Of a stretch of 64,000 bases of DNA, positions 1 to 10,134 are shown piece after piece (positions within the stretch are counted from its first letter, which is position 1; the number at the start of each line of letters is the position of its first letter). Source of the DNA: an uncultured Actinomycetes bacterium (lineage in GTDB: Bacteria; Actinomycetota; Actinomycetes; S36-B12; UBA10799). Both the position numbers and the translations under genes were made by a program. The stretch lies in assembly GCA_946803585.1 (NCBI GenBank), contig CAMPEQ010000005.1, forward strand, positions 91,607 through 155,606. Direction: 5' to 3'. The notes below the pieces were generated by a model. That model was not told the DNA's origin. It saw only the letters and a program-made list of their open reading frames with translations, and searched no databases.

Positions 1-1484
1 GGCCACAGGAGGTAGGTCGCCGCTATCGCCAAACCTGCGCCAATGAGCGTATTCAAAAGCCGCCACCATCCCAACTCCCAATCGCCGGGTTCGACGAGCG
101 CCAGCGTAAGGAGGACAAACGGGGTGAGTGGCAAAACCCAGAAGAGGTAGTTCAAGCGAACCAACGCCACCATCCAGAAGAGCAGGACAGCGCCAACGAG
201 CATCATCAGGACCGGATAGGGCGACAGCACGACGATAAGGACTCCGCCGACGACAACGCCGATAATCGTTCCGGTCAGCCGCTGGGCGAGCCGGTCAAGG
301 GTCGCGCCGAGATCTGGCTTCATCAGAACGACAACGGTGAGGATGATCCACGCACCCTCGGGGATACCCGTAAGCAGGTAGATCAACGTTGCGACCGCGG
401 CCGTCACTGACAACCGTGTCGCGTGCCTCATGACGGTTGACGACCAGTTCAGTTGAGCGCCGAGCACCTCCAGCCACGTCGGCAGTGAACCTCCAATCCG
501 CCCGCCGCCCGTGTCGGCACGGTCGAGGACCGCTTTCAATCGCTTCAGCGACCCACTCATCTGCGGTTCTTCAGCAGTCAATGCCTCGATATGGTCGCGC
601 ACCTCTTGCGGCACAACCGACGGATTCCGTCCACTCCTGATGGCCTCGGACACCAAATCGAGGTAGTCGGCAACCTCGCTGTATAGCTGCCCAACTGCGT
701 TGTCGGTCCTCGGCTGACTTAGTTCGGTGACCTCCTGTTCACGAATGGTGATGAGAGTGAAGATCGCGTCCTCTGCAAGCGCGATCTTGCGCAGTGAGTC
801 GACCTTCGAACCATCGATCTTGGCGTGTTTCGCGTGATTAAGATTCTGCGCCAAAACCGAACCGAATCGCTCACGCGCGGCAGCAAGTTCAACCGAGTCC
901 CCCGAACCACTAGGAGCTACCGCCAACTCCCGCGCTAGGTCTGCGCTGGCGCTGAGGATCTGAGCTAAGGCCTGGTTAGCTGGTCGGTCTCGTAAGAAGA
1001 CCCAAGGAATCATTGACACAACGCTCGCCCAAAGTCCCGCTAACAACGCGAAACCCATCAGCTCCCAGGTCTGCGATACCGGCGCACCGAAGCTAAGCAT
1101 GACGAGCGTGAGAACGGGCAAACCCATTCCGAACGCCGTCCCGAACGCACCGTAGATCGTCAAAACGGCGCCGCAGAATGCCGCCGCAGCCATCAAAGCA
1201 GTCACCGCGATCGGCTGATCGGCTGCCACGATCCCAAGCCCGACGATCGCGACCGCGACCACCACAAATGCCAATACCTGACCTAGCCGACGCTGGAACG
1301 ATCCGCCCGTGTCCAGAAGCGCAGCGAGCTGTGCAACAAACGCGCCAACAGATCCGGCCAGAATATTGCCTGTTGCAATACCGAGCAGGATCGGCGGAAG
1401 GAAACTGGCGACCGCTCGTGTCGCGGTGGCGTAGTCGGGACGCACCTTATTGACGACAAAGAGCGACTTACGAACCCGCGACAT
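1..1484 (-). CDS. FUSC-family (fusaric-acid-resistance / aromatic acid exporter-like) integral membrane protein; 3' end cut by the window edge
   Basis: Manual reverse translation from ATG (complement 1482-1484): MSRVRKSLFVVNKVRPDYATATRAVASFLPPILLGIATG...RHATRLSVTAAVATLIYLLTGIPEGAWIILTVVVLMKPDLGATLDRLAQRLTGTIIGVVVGG... Open to position 1. Absent from the ORF track because it runs off the edge. Confidence 0.6.
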   Translation of the reverse strand, partial: MSRVRKSLFVVNKVRPDYATATRAVASFLPPILLGIATGNILAGSVGAFVAQLAALLDTGGSFQRRLGQVLAFVVVAVAIVGLGIVAADQPIAVTALMAAAAFCGAVLTIYGAFGTAFGMGLPVLTLVMLSFGAPVSQTWELMGFALLAGLWASVVSMIPWVFLRDRPANQALAQILSASADLARELAVAPSGSGDSVELAAARERFGSVLAQNLNHAKHAKIDGSKVDSLRKIALAEDAIFTLITIREQEVTELSQPRTDNAVGQLYSEVADYLDLVSEAIRSGRNPSVVPQEVRDHIEALTAEEPQMSGSLKRLKAVLDRADTGGGRIGGSLPTWLEVLGAQLNWSSTVMRHATRLSVTAAVATLIYLLTGIPEGAWIILTVVVLMKPDLGATLDRLAQRLTGTIIGVVVGGVLIVVLSPYPVLMMLVGAVLLFWMVALVRLNYLFWVLPLTPFVLLTLALVEPGDWELGWWRLLNTLIGAGLAIAATYLLW

Positions 1485-1562
1485 TGCCACATAGGCACGC
1501 TAGCGGAATCGATGGACCGAACCGGGACTTCGCTCGCCCATGAGCGGGCGACCATCACATAG

Positions 1563-2198
1563 TTAGGAGCTCACCGGCGCGATGCGACGCAGAATCCGCA
1601 GGGAGCCAGTAACGGAGCTCTCTTCGAAATCCCCCGAAGCGATTGCGCGCTGTACGACATGCCAGGGAGGTTGACCGCCATCAGCCGGATCAGGGAAGAC
1701 ATCGTGCACGGCCAACGTCGCGCCAACAACAAGGTGGCGGGCGAAGGCCTCATAGTCGTGCTGCGCAATCTGCTCGGTGTGGTTTCCGTCGAGAAACAGG
1801 AACTCCAATGGTGTCCTCCACCACGTGGCAACGGTCTGCGTATTGCCCACAACCGGAGTCACGACGTCATCGAGTTCAGCCAGGCGCAGAGTTCGACGCA
1901 GCGAGGGCAGTGTGTCCAACCGGCCAGACTCGCCGTCCACAAGGGACTCGTCGTGCCACTCCCAGCCGGGCTGATTCTCTTCTGAGCCGCGGTGATGATC
2001 GACTGTGATCAACTGTGCACCCACGGTGCGTGCCGCTGCACCTAGATAGACCGTTGACTTTCCACAGTAGGTGCCGATCTCCAACCATGCCCCGGGGCGT
2101 GCTGAGCTCGCTGCCTCGAACAAGGCGAGCGCCTCGTCGGGCGGCATGAAGCCTTTGGTCGCAGTCGCTATCTGCTCCAACTGCGGGGAAATCGGCAC
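1563..2198 (-). CDS. Class I SAM-dependent methyltransferase (O-methyltransferase / Methyltransf_24-like)
   Basis: 211 aa. WLEIGTYCGKST glycine-rich SAM loop, FLFLDGNH motif. GGAGG Shine-Dalgarno before the GTG start. Confidence 0.7.
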   Translation of the reverse strand: MPISPQLEQIATATKGFMPPDEALALFEAASSARPGAWLEIGTYCGKSTVYLGAAARTVGAQLITVDHHRGSEENQPGWEWHDESLVDGESGRLDTLPSLRRTLRLAELDDVVTPVVGNTQTVATWWRTPLEFLFLDGNHTEQIAQHDYEAFARHLVVGATLAVHDVFPDPADGGQPPWHVVQRAIASGDFEESSVTGSLRILRRIAPVSS

Positions 2199-2336
2199 GC
2201 TCGTTCCTCCTGTATAGGTTGGGGCTGCGGTCTGAACAGGGCACGAGCCTCCGGTGATCTCGCAGACACCGTACTCTTAGCTTCCACGACCGCCCTGCGA
2301 GGGAGAACTTAACTCGTCGTCGAACTGGGAGCACGT

Positions 2337-3695
2337 TTGACCACCGAAGATTCCGCAACCCGAAGTAGCGATGGCGCGCCGGACTCCCAGGAACCCCTTC
2401 GTGTGGCATTGCTGTCGTACCGGAGTAAACCGCACGGGGGTGGCCAGGGGGTCTACATCCGGCATCTGTCTCGCGAACTGAGCAACCTCGGACATGACGT
2501 CGAGGTCCTCAGCGGTCCGCCCTACCCCGAACTCGACCCCGGCCCGCGGCTCACCACCTTGCAGAGCCTTGATCTCTACCGCGAACCGGACCCATTTCGA
2601 GTTCCGCACTTGCGCGAGTTTCGTTCGAGTGTCGATGTGCTGGAGTTCGCCCTCACTGGGATCGGCAACTTTCCGGAACCGATGACCTTCAGTCTGCGTG
2701 CGTGGCGCCTACTGAAGTCCCGTCCTGCCGCCCAACAGCCAGACATCATCCATGACAACCAGACCCTCGGATACGGCATGCTGCTGATGCAGCGCGATGG
2801 GGTGCCAGTAGTTGCGACCGTGCACCATCCGATTACCGTCGATCGGCGCCTCGACGTGGCAGCCGCGCCAAACCCGTGGCGCAAGTTCCGTGTACGCCAG
2901 TGGTACTCGTTCCTTCGGATGCAGGGCCGAGTTGTTCGCCGAATGCCGCGGATCATGACCGTTAGCCAATCGTCACATGACGATGTCGTGCGCGACTTCG
3001 ATGTCGATCCAAGTCGAATAACGGTCGTCCCACTTGGTGTGCAACACGATGTGTTCCTTCCCCCAACCAAACCGCGGGTGAAGGGTCGCATCGTCGCCGC
3101 GGCTAGCGCCGACGTCGCACTCAAGGGGATCATTCATCTGCTCGAAGCTGCGGCGAAACTACGCACCGAGCGCGACGTGGAACTCGTTATCGTCGGGAGC
3201 GCAAAGCCAGGTGGAGCCACCGCGAAGGCAATCACCCGGCTAGGAATCAGCGACATCGTTCGCTTCGTCACCAACATTGACGAGGCGGAGCTAGTCGAAC
3301 TCCTCGGCTCGGCGCAAGTGGCCGTGGTGCCGAGCCTGTATGAGGGCTTCAGCCTGCCATCGGTGGAGATGATGTCGTGCGCGACTCCCCTAGTCGCGAC
3401 GACGGCCGGAGCGCTTCCTGAGGTTGTCGGCCCCGACGGCGAGGCCGCGCTGCTTGTTCCACCTGCCGATGTGGGCGCACTCGTGGTCGCCATCAACCGA
3501 ATCCTCGATGACGATGAACTCGCCGCGCAATTAGGGGCGGCAGGGCGGGCTCGGGTACTAGAGCGCTACACGTGGCGAGTCGTCGCCCAACGAACTGCCG
3601 ACTGGTATCGAGCGGCGCTAGCCGACCCGACCGACTCCACCGAATCCAAACGATCAGCTAGCCGCGAGACAGGACACCTACATGCTGACAGTTGA
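2337..3695 (+). CDS. Glycosyltransferase family 4 (GT-B fold)
   Basis: 452 aa. RVALLSYRSKPHGGGQGVYIRHLSRELSNLGHDV N-terminal GT4 pattern; C-terminal PSLYEGFSLPSVEMMSCATPLVATTAGALPEVV (EX7E region). TTG start preceded by GGGAG 5 nt upstream. Confidence 0.85.
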   Translation: MTTEDSATRSSDGAPDSQEPLRVALLSYRSKPHGGGQGVYIRHLSRELSNLGHDVEVLSGPPYPELDPGPRLTTLQSLDLYREPDPFRVPHLREFRSSVDVLEFALTGIGNFPEPMTFSLRAWRLLKSRPAAQQPDIIHDNQTLGYGMLLMQRDGVPVVATVHHPITVDRRLDVAAAPNPWRKFRVRQWYSFLRMQGRVVRRMPRIMTVSQSSHDDVVRDFDVDPSRITVVPLGVQHDVFLPPTKPRVKGRIVAAASADVALKGIIHLLEAAAKLRTERDVELVIVGSAKPGGATAKAITRLGISDIVRFVTNIDEAELVELLGSAQVAVVPSLYEGFSLPSVEMMSCATPLVATTAGALPEVVGPDGEAALLVPPADVGALVVAINRILDDDELAAQLGAAGRARVLERYTWRVVAQRTADWYRAALADPTDSTESKRSASRETGHLHADS

Positions 3696-4413
3696 TTTTG
3701 ACCGATTCCCAGTGGGAGCCGGCGACCTTGTGCTGGATATGGGTTGCGGGGCTGGTCGTCATGCCTTCGCACTCGCTCGTCGAGGTGCCGACGTCATCGC
3801 ACTCGATATGGACGCCGAGGAACTAGCGGGCGTCGCGGAAATGCTCGGGGCTATGAGTCACGAGGGCGAGATACCCAGCGGATCGATGACCTCGGCGGTC
3901 CGTGGTAACGCTTACACACTGCCCTTCCCAGACGACACATTTGATCGAATCGTCGCAGCCGAGGTCCTTGAGCATCTTCCCGAAGACACATTAGCCATGG
4001 CGGAGCTGGCTCGCGTACTCAAACCTGGCGGGATGATCGCGGTATCCGTTCCGCGCTGGCTACCCGAGAAAGTGTGCTGGGCGCTGTCCGACGAGTACCA
4101 CGAGGTCGAGGGAGGTCACGTCCGAATCTACAAGGGCAGCCAGCTCAGCGAACGGCTCACCGGGTCCGGCCTTGTTCCACTCGGCGAGCATCATGCCCAC
4201 AGTTTGCACGCGCCGTACTGGTGGCTCAAGTGTGCCGTCGGCGTGGACAACAGCAACAATCGCATCGTGGATGCCTACCACCGCGTGCTGGTCTGGGACA
4301 TGATGAAGGCACCGAGGTTGACTCGAGTGACTGAGCGCGTTCTTAACCCGCTGATCGGTAAGAGTCTTGTGGTCTACCTGAAGAAGCCGGTGCGTGACCA
4401 TGCCTCGGTATGA
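3682..4413 (+). CDS. Class I SAM-dependent methyltransferase (Methyltransf_11-like)
   Basis: 243 aa. VLDMGCGAGRH motif I, ALDMD, FDRIVAAEVLEHL, LKPGG. Overlaps the GT4 stop by 14 nt. Confidence 0.85.
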   Translation: MLTVDFDRFPVGAGDLVLDMGCGAGRHAFALARRGADVIALDMDAEELAGVAEMLGAMSHEGEIPSGSMTSAVRGNAYTLPFPDDTFDRIVAAEVLEHLPEDTLAMAELARVLKPGGMIAVSVPRWLPEKVCWALSDEYHEVEGGHVRIYKGSQLSERLTGSGLVPLGEHHAHSLHAPYWWLKCAVGVDNSNNRIVDAYHRVLVWDMMKAPRLTRVTERVLNPLIGKSLVVYLKKPVRDHASV

Positions 4414-5470
4414 GCTGCTAGACGTTCCCGGACTGCTGAGCGCCCAGCAACTGCGCGAGACAGTCGACTCGATCGCGGCTACTCAGCAACCGACCGGTTC
4501 CATCCCCTGGCCTGACGGCCACACCGATGCGTGGGATCACGTGGAATGCGCAATGGCCCTCACTCTCGGCGGCCGCTTAGACGACGCGCGACGAGCCTAC
4601 GAGTGGTTACAAGCCAGCCAGCTCGACAACGGAGCTTGGGCGATGTCCTACGACGAGTTCACGATCCTCGACTCATCGATCGACACCAACCAATGCGCTT
4701 ACGTATCAGTCGGCATCTGGCAGTGGTGGACGCTCACTCGCGATTTTGACCTCGTTGCCCAAATGTGGCCGCACGTCAAGCGAGCATTGGACTTCGTCAT
4801 CGACTTGCAGCTACCTAGCGGGCACATGTCATGGGGACGATCACCATCGGGCGTCCCCTCGCAGGGGTCGCTGCTAACGGGGTGCGCTTCCACCTATCAG
4901 GCGTTGCGATGTGGACTCGCGCTAGCGGAACTGATGGGCGATCCCCAGCCGGAATGGGAACTAGCTGCTGGTGCGCTAGGGCATGCAGTCGCTGCCCACC
5001 CCGAGGGCTTCCTCGACAAGAGCGAGTTCTCAATGGACTGGTACTACCCAGTCCTCGGTGGCGCCGTCCGTGGCCCGGCGGCTGAGGAGTTGATTGCCGA
5101 GCGTTGGAACGACTTCGTGGTAGCCGGATTGGGCGCACGATGCGTCAGCAACCGTCCCTGGATCACCGCCGCCGAGACCTGCGAATTGGCGCTATCGCTC
5201 ATCGTGATTGATCAACCCCAACGGGCACGAGCACTATTGACCGACGTCCAGTTCATGCGACGCGAGGACGGCTCGTATTGGACTGGCTGGGTCTATGACA
5301 ACGAGACTCACTGGCCCAATGAATCCTCGACCTGGACAGCCGCCGCGGTGGTGTTGGCTTGCGATGCCCTAGCCGGCGGGCCGACATTCGAGCTATTCGC
5401 CGGGCACTCGCTGCCGAGCGTCGCGCACCTTCCGACTGAGGCCTGCCGGTCAGTAGCGGACCTGCACTGA
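4394..5470 (+). CDS. Prenyltransferase / terpene-cyclase-like alpha-alpha barrel repeat protein; function unknown
   Basis: 358 aa. Repeated QxxxGxW-like units (QQPTGSIPW, QLDNGAWAM, QLPSGHMSW, REDGSYWTGW). Overlaps the upstream methyltransferase end. Confidence 0.6.
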   Translation: MTMPRYELLDVPGLLSAQQLRETVDSIAATQQPTGSIPWPDGHTDAWDHVECAMALTLGGRLDDARRAYEWLQASQLDNGAWAMSYDEFTILDSSIDTNQCAYVSVGIWQWWTLTRDFDLVAQMWPHVKRALDFVIDLQLPSGHMSWGRSPSGVPSQGSLLTGCASTYQALRCGLALAELMGDPQPEWELAAGALGHAVAAHPEGFLDKSEFSMDWYYPVLGGAVRGPAAEELIAERWNDFVVAGLGARCVSNRPWITAAETCELALSLIVIDQPQRARALLTDVQFMRREDGSYWTGWVYDNETHWPNESSTWTAAAVVLACDALAGGPTFELFAGHSLPSVAHLPTEACRSVADLH

Positions 5471-5538
5471 GTTGGCCAGCGCAAAGTAGCCCTGCACTCA
5501 CTCGGCAACGCGCATCCCTTCAGCGCAATACTTGCGAT

Positions 5539-6405
5539 GTGCCGCTCCGTCGAAAAAGCGAGAACTTCGTAGACCGAATTACTCTCGAGCGAATTGACCG
5601 TGACATCTTTACTGGCTCGTGTCACGCCGGTGCGCCACAACGGGCGTTTGGTGGGCAAGTCGCGGCTCAGTCGTTGGTGGCTGCAGGACTAACGGTGGAT
5701 GATCCCGCCCGAATGGTTCACTCCCTGCACGGCTACTTCCTCCGTCCCGGGCGTACCTCCGATCCCATCGTCTACCTCGTCGATCGTCCACGAGATGGTG
5801 GATCCTTCTCAACTCGGCGAGTCAAGGCCGTCCAGTACGGTGAGACGATCTTTACGATGTCAGCCTCCTTCGCAATCCATGACGAGGGACCCGAACACCA
5901 GTTCGTTGTGCCGCAGGTACCTGGACCCGAGACGCTGCCCAAACTCCCCCTTGAGCTCGATAGCGACCATCACCTCCACGATGCCGAGTCCCCCGACGAG
6001 CGACTCCTGGACCTACGATTCGTGGAGCTAGATTCGGAGATGCCGCCGATGTACGGCCAACCGCAACGCGTTGCCTGGGTTCGTACGCGTCATCCGCTCC
6101 CGGATGATCAGCGGGTCCAAGCCTGCGCGTTGACCTACTTCTCTGATCTCAGTCTTGTTGGAACTGCGCTTGCCACCCATGGTGGGCGCGAGCAGAACGA
6201 CGATCTGATGCTTGCCTCAATCGATCACGCAATGTGGTTCCATGGGCCGTTCCGAGCGGATGAGTGGCTGCTCTTCGTTCAGACCTCGCCGGTGGCTGGC
6301 GGAGGTCACGGCCTGACCAGTGGCATCTTCTACACCCAGGATGGCCGACTAGTCGCCACTGCTGCCCAAGAAGTCCTCATGCGCAGGAAGCGCACCAAGC
6401 ACTAG
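5539..6405 (+). CDS. tesB: Acyl-CoA thioesterase II
   Basis: 288 aa. LERIDRDIFTG...FGGQVAAQSLVAA...HSLHGYFLRPG...VDRPRDGGSFSTRRVKAVQ; double hot-dog TesB pattern. Confidence 0.85.
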   Translation: MPLRRKSENFVDRITLERIDRDIFTGSCHAGAPQRAFGGQVAAQSLVAAGLTVDDPARMVHSLHGYFLRPGRTSDPIVYLVDRPRDGGSFSTRRVKAVQYGETIFTMSASFAIHDEGPEHQFVVPQVPGPETLPKLPLELDSDHHLHDAESPDERLLDLRFVELDSEMPPMYGQPQRVAWVRTRHPLPDDQRVQACALTYFSDLSLVGTALATHGGREQNDDLMLASIDHAMWFHGPFRADEWLLFVQTSPVAGGGHGLTSGIFYTQDGRLVATAAQEVLMRRKRTKH

Positions 6406-6447
6406 TCCCAAGAGATTGGGCTCCAGACTTCGACTAGGGTTCAGCCC

Positions 6448-6774
6448 ATGAAATCACTACCGACCGCGCCCATCGCCGCCGCTGGACTGATCGGCGGGTT
6501 CGGTATCGCGGATGCCACCGGCAATCGTGCCCTCGGTGGTGTGGTCCTTGCCGCGGGAGGAATCGTGTGCGCGTGGGCCTGGTATCGCAAATCGGGGCCA
6601 CTAACCGCCGGGATGCTAGCCGTCACGTACACCGCCGCCTTCGCGGTTTCACATCCGCTGGCCAAGCAGATCGGCGCTTGGCCAAGTGTCTTTGCCGTCT
6701 CTGCCGTGACTGCCGGGGCTGCCTATGCCCTGTCGGACCGTCGGCAGGTCAGCGGTTCGCGCTACGCGGAGTAG
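6448..6774 (+). CDS. Small hydrophobic membrane protein, unknown function
   Basis: 108 aa, about 4 hydrophobic segments, coding-like composition. Confidence 0.5.
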   Translation: MKSLPTAPIAAAGLIGGFGIADATGNRALGGVVLAAGGIVCAWAWYRKSGPLTAGMLAVTYTAAFAVSHPLAKQIGAWPSVFAVSAVTAGAAYALSDRRQVSGSRYAE

Positions 6775-7757
6775 GAATCGTAGAAGGCCGCGAAGTGCTG
6801 GCGAATCCTAGTCTCGAGGTACCCATCGGCGGCCGCCTTGCCCAAGACTGGAGTCAGCACCTGAGTCAGCAAGTCAGCGACGTGATCACGACCGATACCT
6901 GCTTGAGCTGCGAGCTCACCCAACGGCCGGTCCCCATATTCCGCGAACAGCGTGGTGACCGCCTTCTGCACCAACGTGGCGAATAGCTTCGTCTGTCGAA
7001 GATGGATCCACGCAGTATTGCCAGCGGCGACGAAGTCGTCCACAGAGTCCGGCGGAACTAAGGCCGCGAACTCAGCGATTGTGGAGTCTGCATTCGATTC
7101 CCACACTTCTGCCACGACAGTACGGATCAGCTCATCGTCGAGCACCTTGTCCAGATACGACTTCGAATCCCGAATGCTGTCCTGGATGTTTGAGTTCACG
7201 AATGCGGTGAGCTGACGATCAACGGCCTGTTCGAGCTTTGGTGCGGCGCTGTTGATCGCGTTCTGACTCATCCGCATGAGGGTGGAGGCACCGGGAACTT
7301 TGCGCGCGATCACGTTCTCTGCTTGTAGGTAGTTCTTGATTCCTTGATAGAGGACGTGAGAGATCAGACTTGCGTATACCTCGTTCGTGGTTATCTGCGC
7401 CGTCACCGCTGCGCGCAACTCCGCCATCTGCGCAACACTCCCCGCGACTTGCTCGAAGCTCTCATGGGACACCACATCGCGTAGTTTCGACTTATCCTTC
7501 ATCGCCGCTACGTGAACTCCGCGTACGACAGTAGCGAGCATCTCCGCGGCATCCGGAGTCAGTTCGATCGTCTCCGTTGTCGAGAGAAAGAGCTTGGCTG
7601 CGGCCTTGGGCGTGATCAGGTCAGCCAGCGAAGTCGTGTCCAACCAGTCGAAGAAGGCTGGCACTTCTTGAGTGATCGTCTGCGCTAGACCGCTCCCGGT
7701 GAGTCGATCGACTTCGAATTTTACGTGGGCCTCGAGCATTGCCTGGTTCGCGTTCAT
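6762..7757 (-). CDS. Hypothetical cytoplasmic protein, unknown function
   Basis: 331-aa ORF filling the gap. Non-repetitive helical-looking sequence; no motif recognised. Confidence 0.6.
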   Translation of the reverse strand: MNANQAMLEAHVKFEVDRLTGSGLAQTITQEVPAFFDWLDTTSLADLITPKAAAKLFLSTTETIELTPDAAEMLATVVRGVHVAAMKDKSKLRDVVSHESFEQVAGSVAQMAELRAAVTAQITTNEVYASLISHVLYQGIKNYLQAENVIARKVPGASTLMRMSQNAINSAAPKLEQAVDRQLTAFVNSNIQDSIRDSKSYLDKVLDDELIRTVVAEVWESNADSTIAEFAALVPPDSVDDFVAAGNTAWIHLRQTKLFATLVQKAVTTLFAEYGDRPLGELAAQAGIGRDHVADLLTQVLTPVLGKAAADGYLETRIRQHFAAFYDSYSA

Positions 7758-7815
7758 TGCGGGCAGTGTTGCACGCTGGGCGCGCCCGTTATTCGACTAC
7801 CCGCCATCACCGGGA

Positions 7816-10134
7816 CTAGCCGCCAATGATAGTTATCTTGACCTTGGTCCCGGGCGGTAGCGAGTTCCCCGGCTTGCGCGATTGATCGATGACGGTGCCA
7901 GGAGTTACCCATGGCGCTTCGTCGCGCGGAACCTCAATAATCTCGGTGGTCAATCCGAGCGCAACGAGCGCTCGCGAAGCGTCCTCGGCCGTTTGGCCGC
8001 GCACATCCATCATGAGTATCTCGTCGTTCTTTGGCGCCCCCGGTGCCAGCAGGTAGGCCGGATCGACTTTAGCGATCTGCTTAACTGGCTTCCCTTTGTG
8101 GTAGGTCTCCATCCCGGCCTTCCACAGCGACGCCGGCAAGGTCCCACCGTAGACAGTGGAGTAGCCCAAGACGTTATGCAACGTGTATCGGGGCGATCGC
8201 GGATCGCCCGTCCAGACGGCACCAGCAAGCTGCGGTGTGAACCCGGCGAACCACGCCGAGCCGGCATCCTCGCCAGTACCGGTCTTACCTGCAGCCGGGC
8301 GGTCACCGAGTTGCGCAGATCGGCCCGTACCGCGCTGCACGACTCCCTCGAGAACTGAAGCTGCGCTGTCTGCAACCGCAGGATCAACGACCTGAACACA
8401 CTGCTTGCTGGACGGATTCTTAATCACGGTGCCATCCGGTCGGGTCACCGAGTTCACCAAAGTTGGCTGACAGTACTGCCCATGATTGGCGATCGTCGCG
8501 TAAGCCGCAGCCATCTCCGTCACGGAGACATCCCGAACGCCAAGAGCAAAGCTACCCTCCTGTTTGGCCGGGTAGTTCTTTGAACCGGGAACACCAATAC
8601 TGTTCACGCCCATCCGCCGAGCAGCATTCGCAACCGCGTCGATGCCGACTCGTTCCTCGAGTTGGACGTAGGCAGTGTTGATTGACATCTCTGTCGCTCG
8701 AGCTATTGACACATTGCTGGCCGAGAGCCCCTCAGCGTTGTGGTAGCCACCCGGAGGGTTATCGAACACCTGACTGTAGTGCGATGTTCCGGCTGGCAGG
8801 ACAGTGCTCAACGGAATCCCGGCCTCTAGTGCCGCAACAAGGGTAAAGAGCTTGAACGTTGATGCCGGGGAGAACGCCGATGTCGTCGCCAGCGGGATCT
8901 CAGTTGCGCCCTTGCCATTACCGAACTTCCGGTTACTGCCCATTGCCTTAATGTGGCCGGTTCCCGGCTCGATCAGGGTTGCGGCGTTAGCAACTCGGTC
9001 ATCACTCGGAATCAGGTTCGCGGCTGCCTTATTCAGTGATTTCTGCGTCTTGGGGTCGGCAGTTAGCTCAACCGTCATTCCCCCCGCGCGCAACAGGCTC
9101 TTATCTTGCGGTTCCAGCCAGTCTGCTTTTTTGAGCTCTCTCAGCGCCTCATCACAAGCCATACCCCAGCCCGCCGCTGCCGCCGCACATCCCTGATCTG
9201 GCAGCTTCGTATCTAATTCAATGGGCTCGGCCGCAAATGCATCGGCCTGCTCGCGAGTGATGTAGCCATTGTTAGCCATCGCATTGAGGGTCTGCGAACG
9301 GCGCTCGAGGGCTCCATCCGGATTAGTCCGCGGGTCCAGTGCTGCTGGCGATTGCAGGACGCCAGCAAGTAACGCAGCCTGTGGAACCGTGAGCTCGTTG
9401 GCCGGAATGGAGAAGAATCGATTCGCAGCCGCCTCGATCCCGTACGCACCAGCACCGAAGTAGGCAACGTTGAGATATCCAGTGAGGATGTCCTCCTTGG
9501 TCATCTGCGCCTCGATCAGCATCGCGAGGTGCGCCTCAGCGACCTTCCGCTGCCAGCTGCGTTCGGTTGCGGCCTCTAGCGCAGCGGGATCTGCCTCGCC
9601 GCCGCCATCGAGGACCGCTTGTGCTAACCGCAGGTTCTTCGCGTACTGCTGAGTAATCGTCGACCCACCCTGGATCGCGTCCCCACTTGTCGTGGCAACG
9701 AGGGCACGTGCGGTGCCAACCGGATCAACCCCGGTGTGGGTAAAGAACCGCGCATCTTCGATGGAGACAACCGCATCTCGGATGTTCTTGCCCTGTGCCT
9801 GGGCTGAGGCCGGAACCCGATTGACCGTGAACACCTCGGCGACCGGCTTACCTTTGCTGTTCACCACTGTGGTGCGCCCTGGAAGCGCCTCGGCAGGAAT
9901 TGTGTTGCTCTGCAGGTTCCACGCTTCAATCACCTGGGATGTTGCGGCAACGCCCACCGCGGCATTAGGCAGTAAGCCTGCGGTGACAACGAGTCCACCG
10001 ATCCCGGCGACTGAAATCAGTCCAAGGATGCGCGCTTTACTGACACCTGGCTTCTCTTGATCACCGGCCGACTCCCAACGAATATCGTCCAATGTCACTG
10101 GCTTACCCGCATTGGAGTTCCGATTGAACCGCAT
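7816..10134 (-). CDS. Class A penicillin-binding protein (transglycosylase + transpeptidase) with a C-terminal PASTA domain
   Basis: GT51 motifs EDARFFTHTGVD and GGSTITQQ. Transpeptidase STFK, SIN, KTGT. C-terminal PASTA (DVRGQTAEDASRALVALGLTTEIIEV...GTVIDQSRKPGNSLPPGTKVKITIIGG). Start trimmed from the track's 10242 to the ATG at 10134, which has an upstream GGAGG and overlaps the upstream stop (TGATG). Confidence 0.9.
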   Translation of the reverse strand: MRFNRNSNAGKPVTLDDIRWESAGDQEKPGVSKARILGLISVAGIGGLVVTAGLLPNAAVGVAATSQVIEAWNLQSNTIPAEALPGRTTVVNSKGKPVAEVFTVNRVPASAQAQGKNIRDAVVSIEDARFFTHTGVDPVGTARALVATTSGDAIQGGSTITQQYAKNLRLAQAVLDGGGEADPAALEAATERSWQRKVAEAHLAMLIEAQMTKEDILTGYLNVAYFGAGAYGIEAAANRFFSIPANELTVPQAALLAGVLQSPAALDPRTNPDGALERRSQTLNAMANNGYITREQADAFAAEPIELDTKLPDQGCAAAAAGWGMACDEALRELKKADWLEPQDKSLLRAGGMTVELTADPKTQKSLNKAAANLIPSDDRVANAATLIEPGTGHIKAMGSNRKFGNGKGATEIPLATTSAFSPASTFKLFTLVAALEAGIPLSTVLPAGTSHYSQVFDNPPGGYHNAEGLSASNVSIARATEMSINTAYVQLEERVGIDAVANAARRMGVNSIGVPGSKNYPAKQEGSFALGVRDVSVTEMAAAYATIANHGQYCQPTLVNSVTRPDGTVIKNPSSKQCVQVVDPAVADSAASVLEGVVQRGTGRSAQLGDRPAAGKTGTGEDAGSAWFAGFTPQLAGAVWTGDPRSPRYTLHNVLGYSTVYGGTLPASLWKAGMETYHKGKPVKQIAKVDPAYLLAPGAPKNDEILMMDVRGQTAEDASRALVALGLTTEIIEVPRDEAPWVTPGTVIDQSRKPGNSLPPGTKVKITIIGG

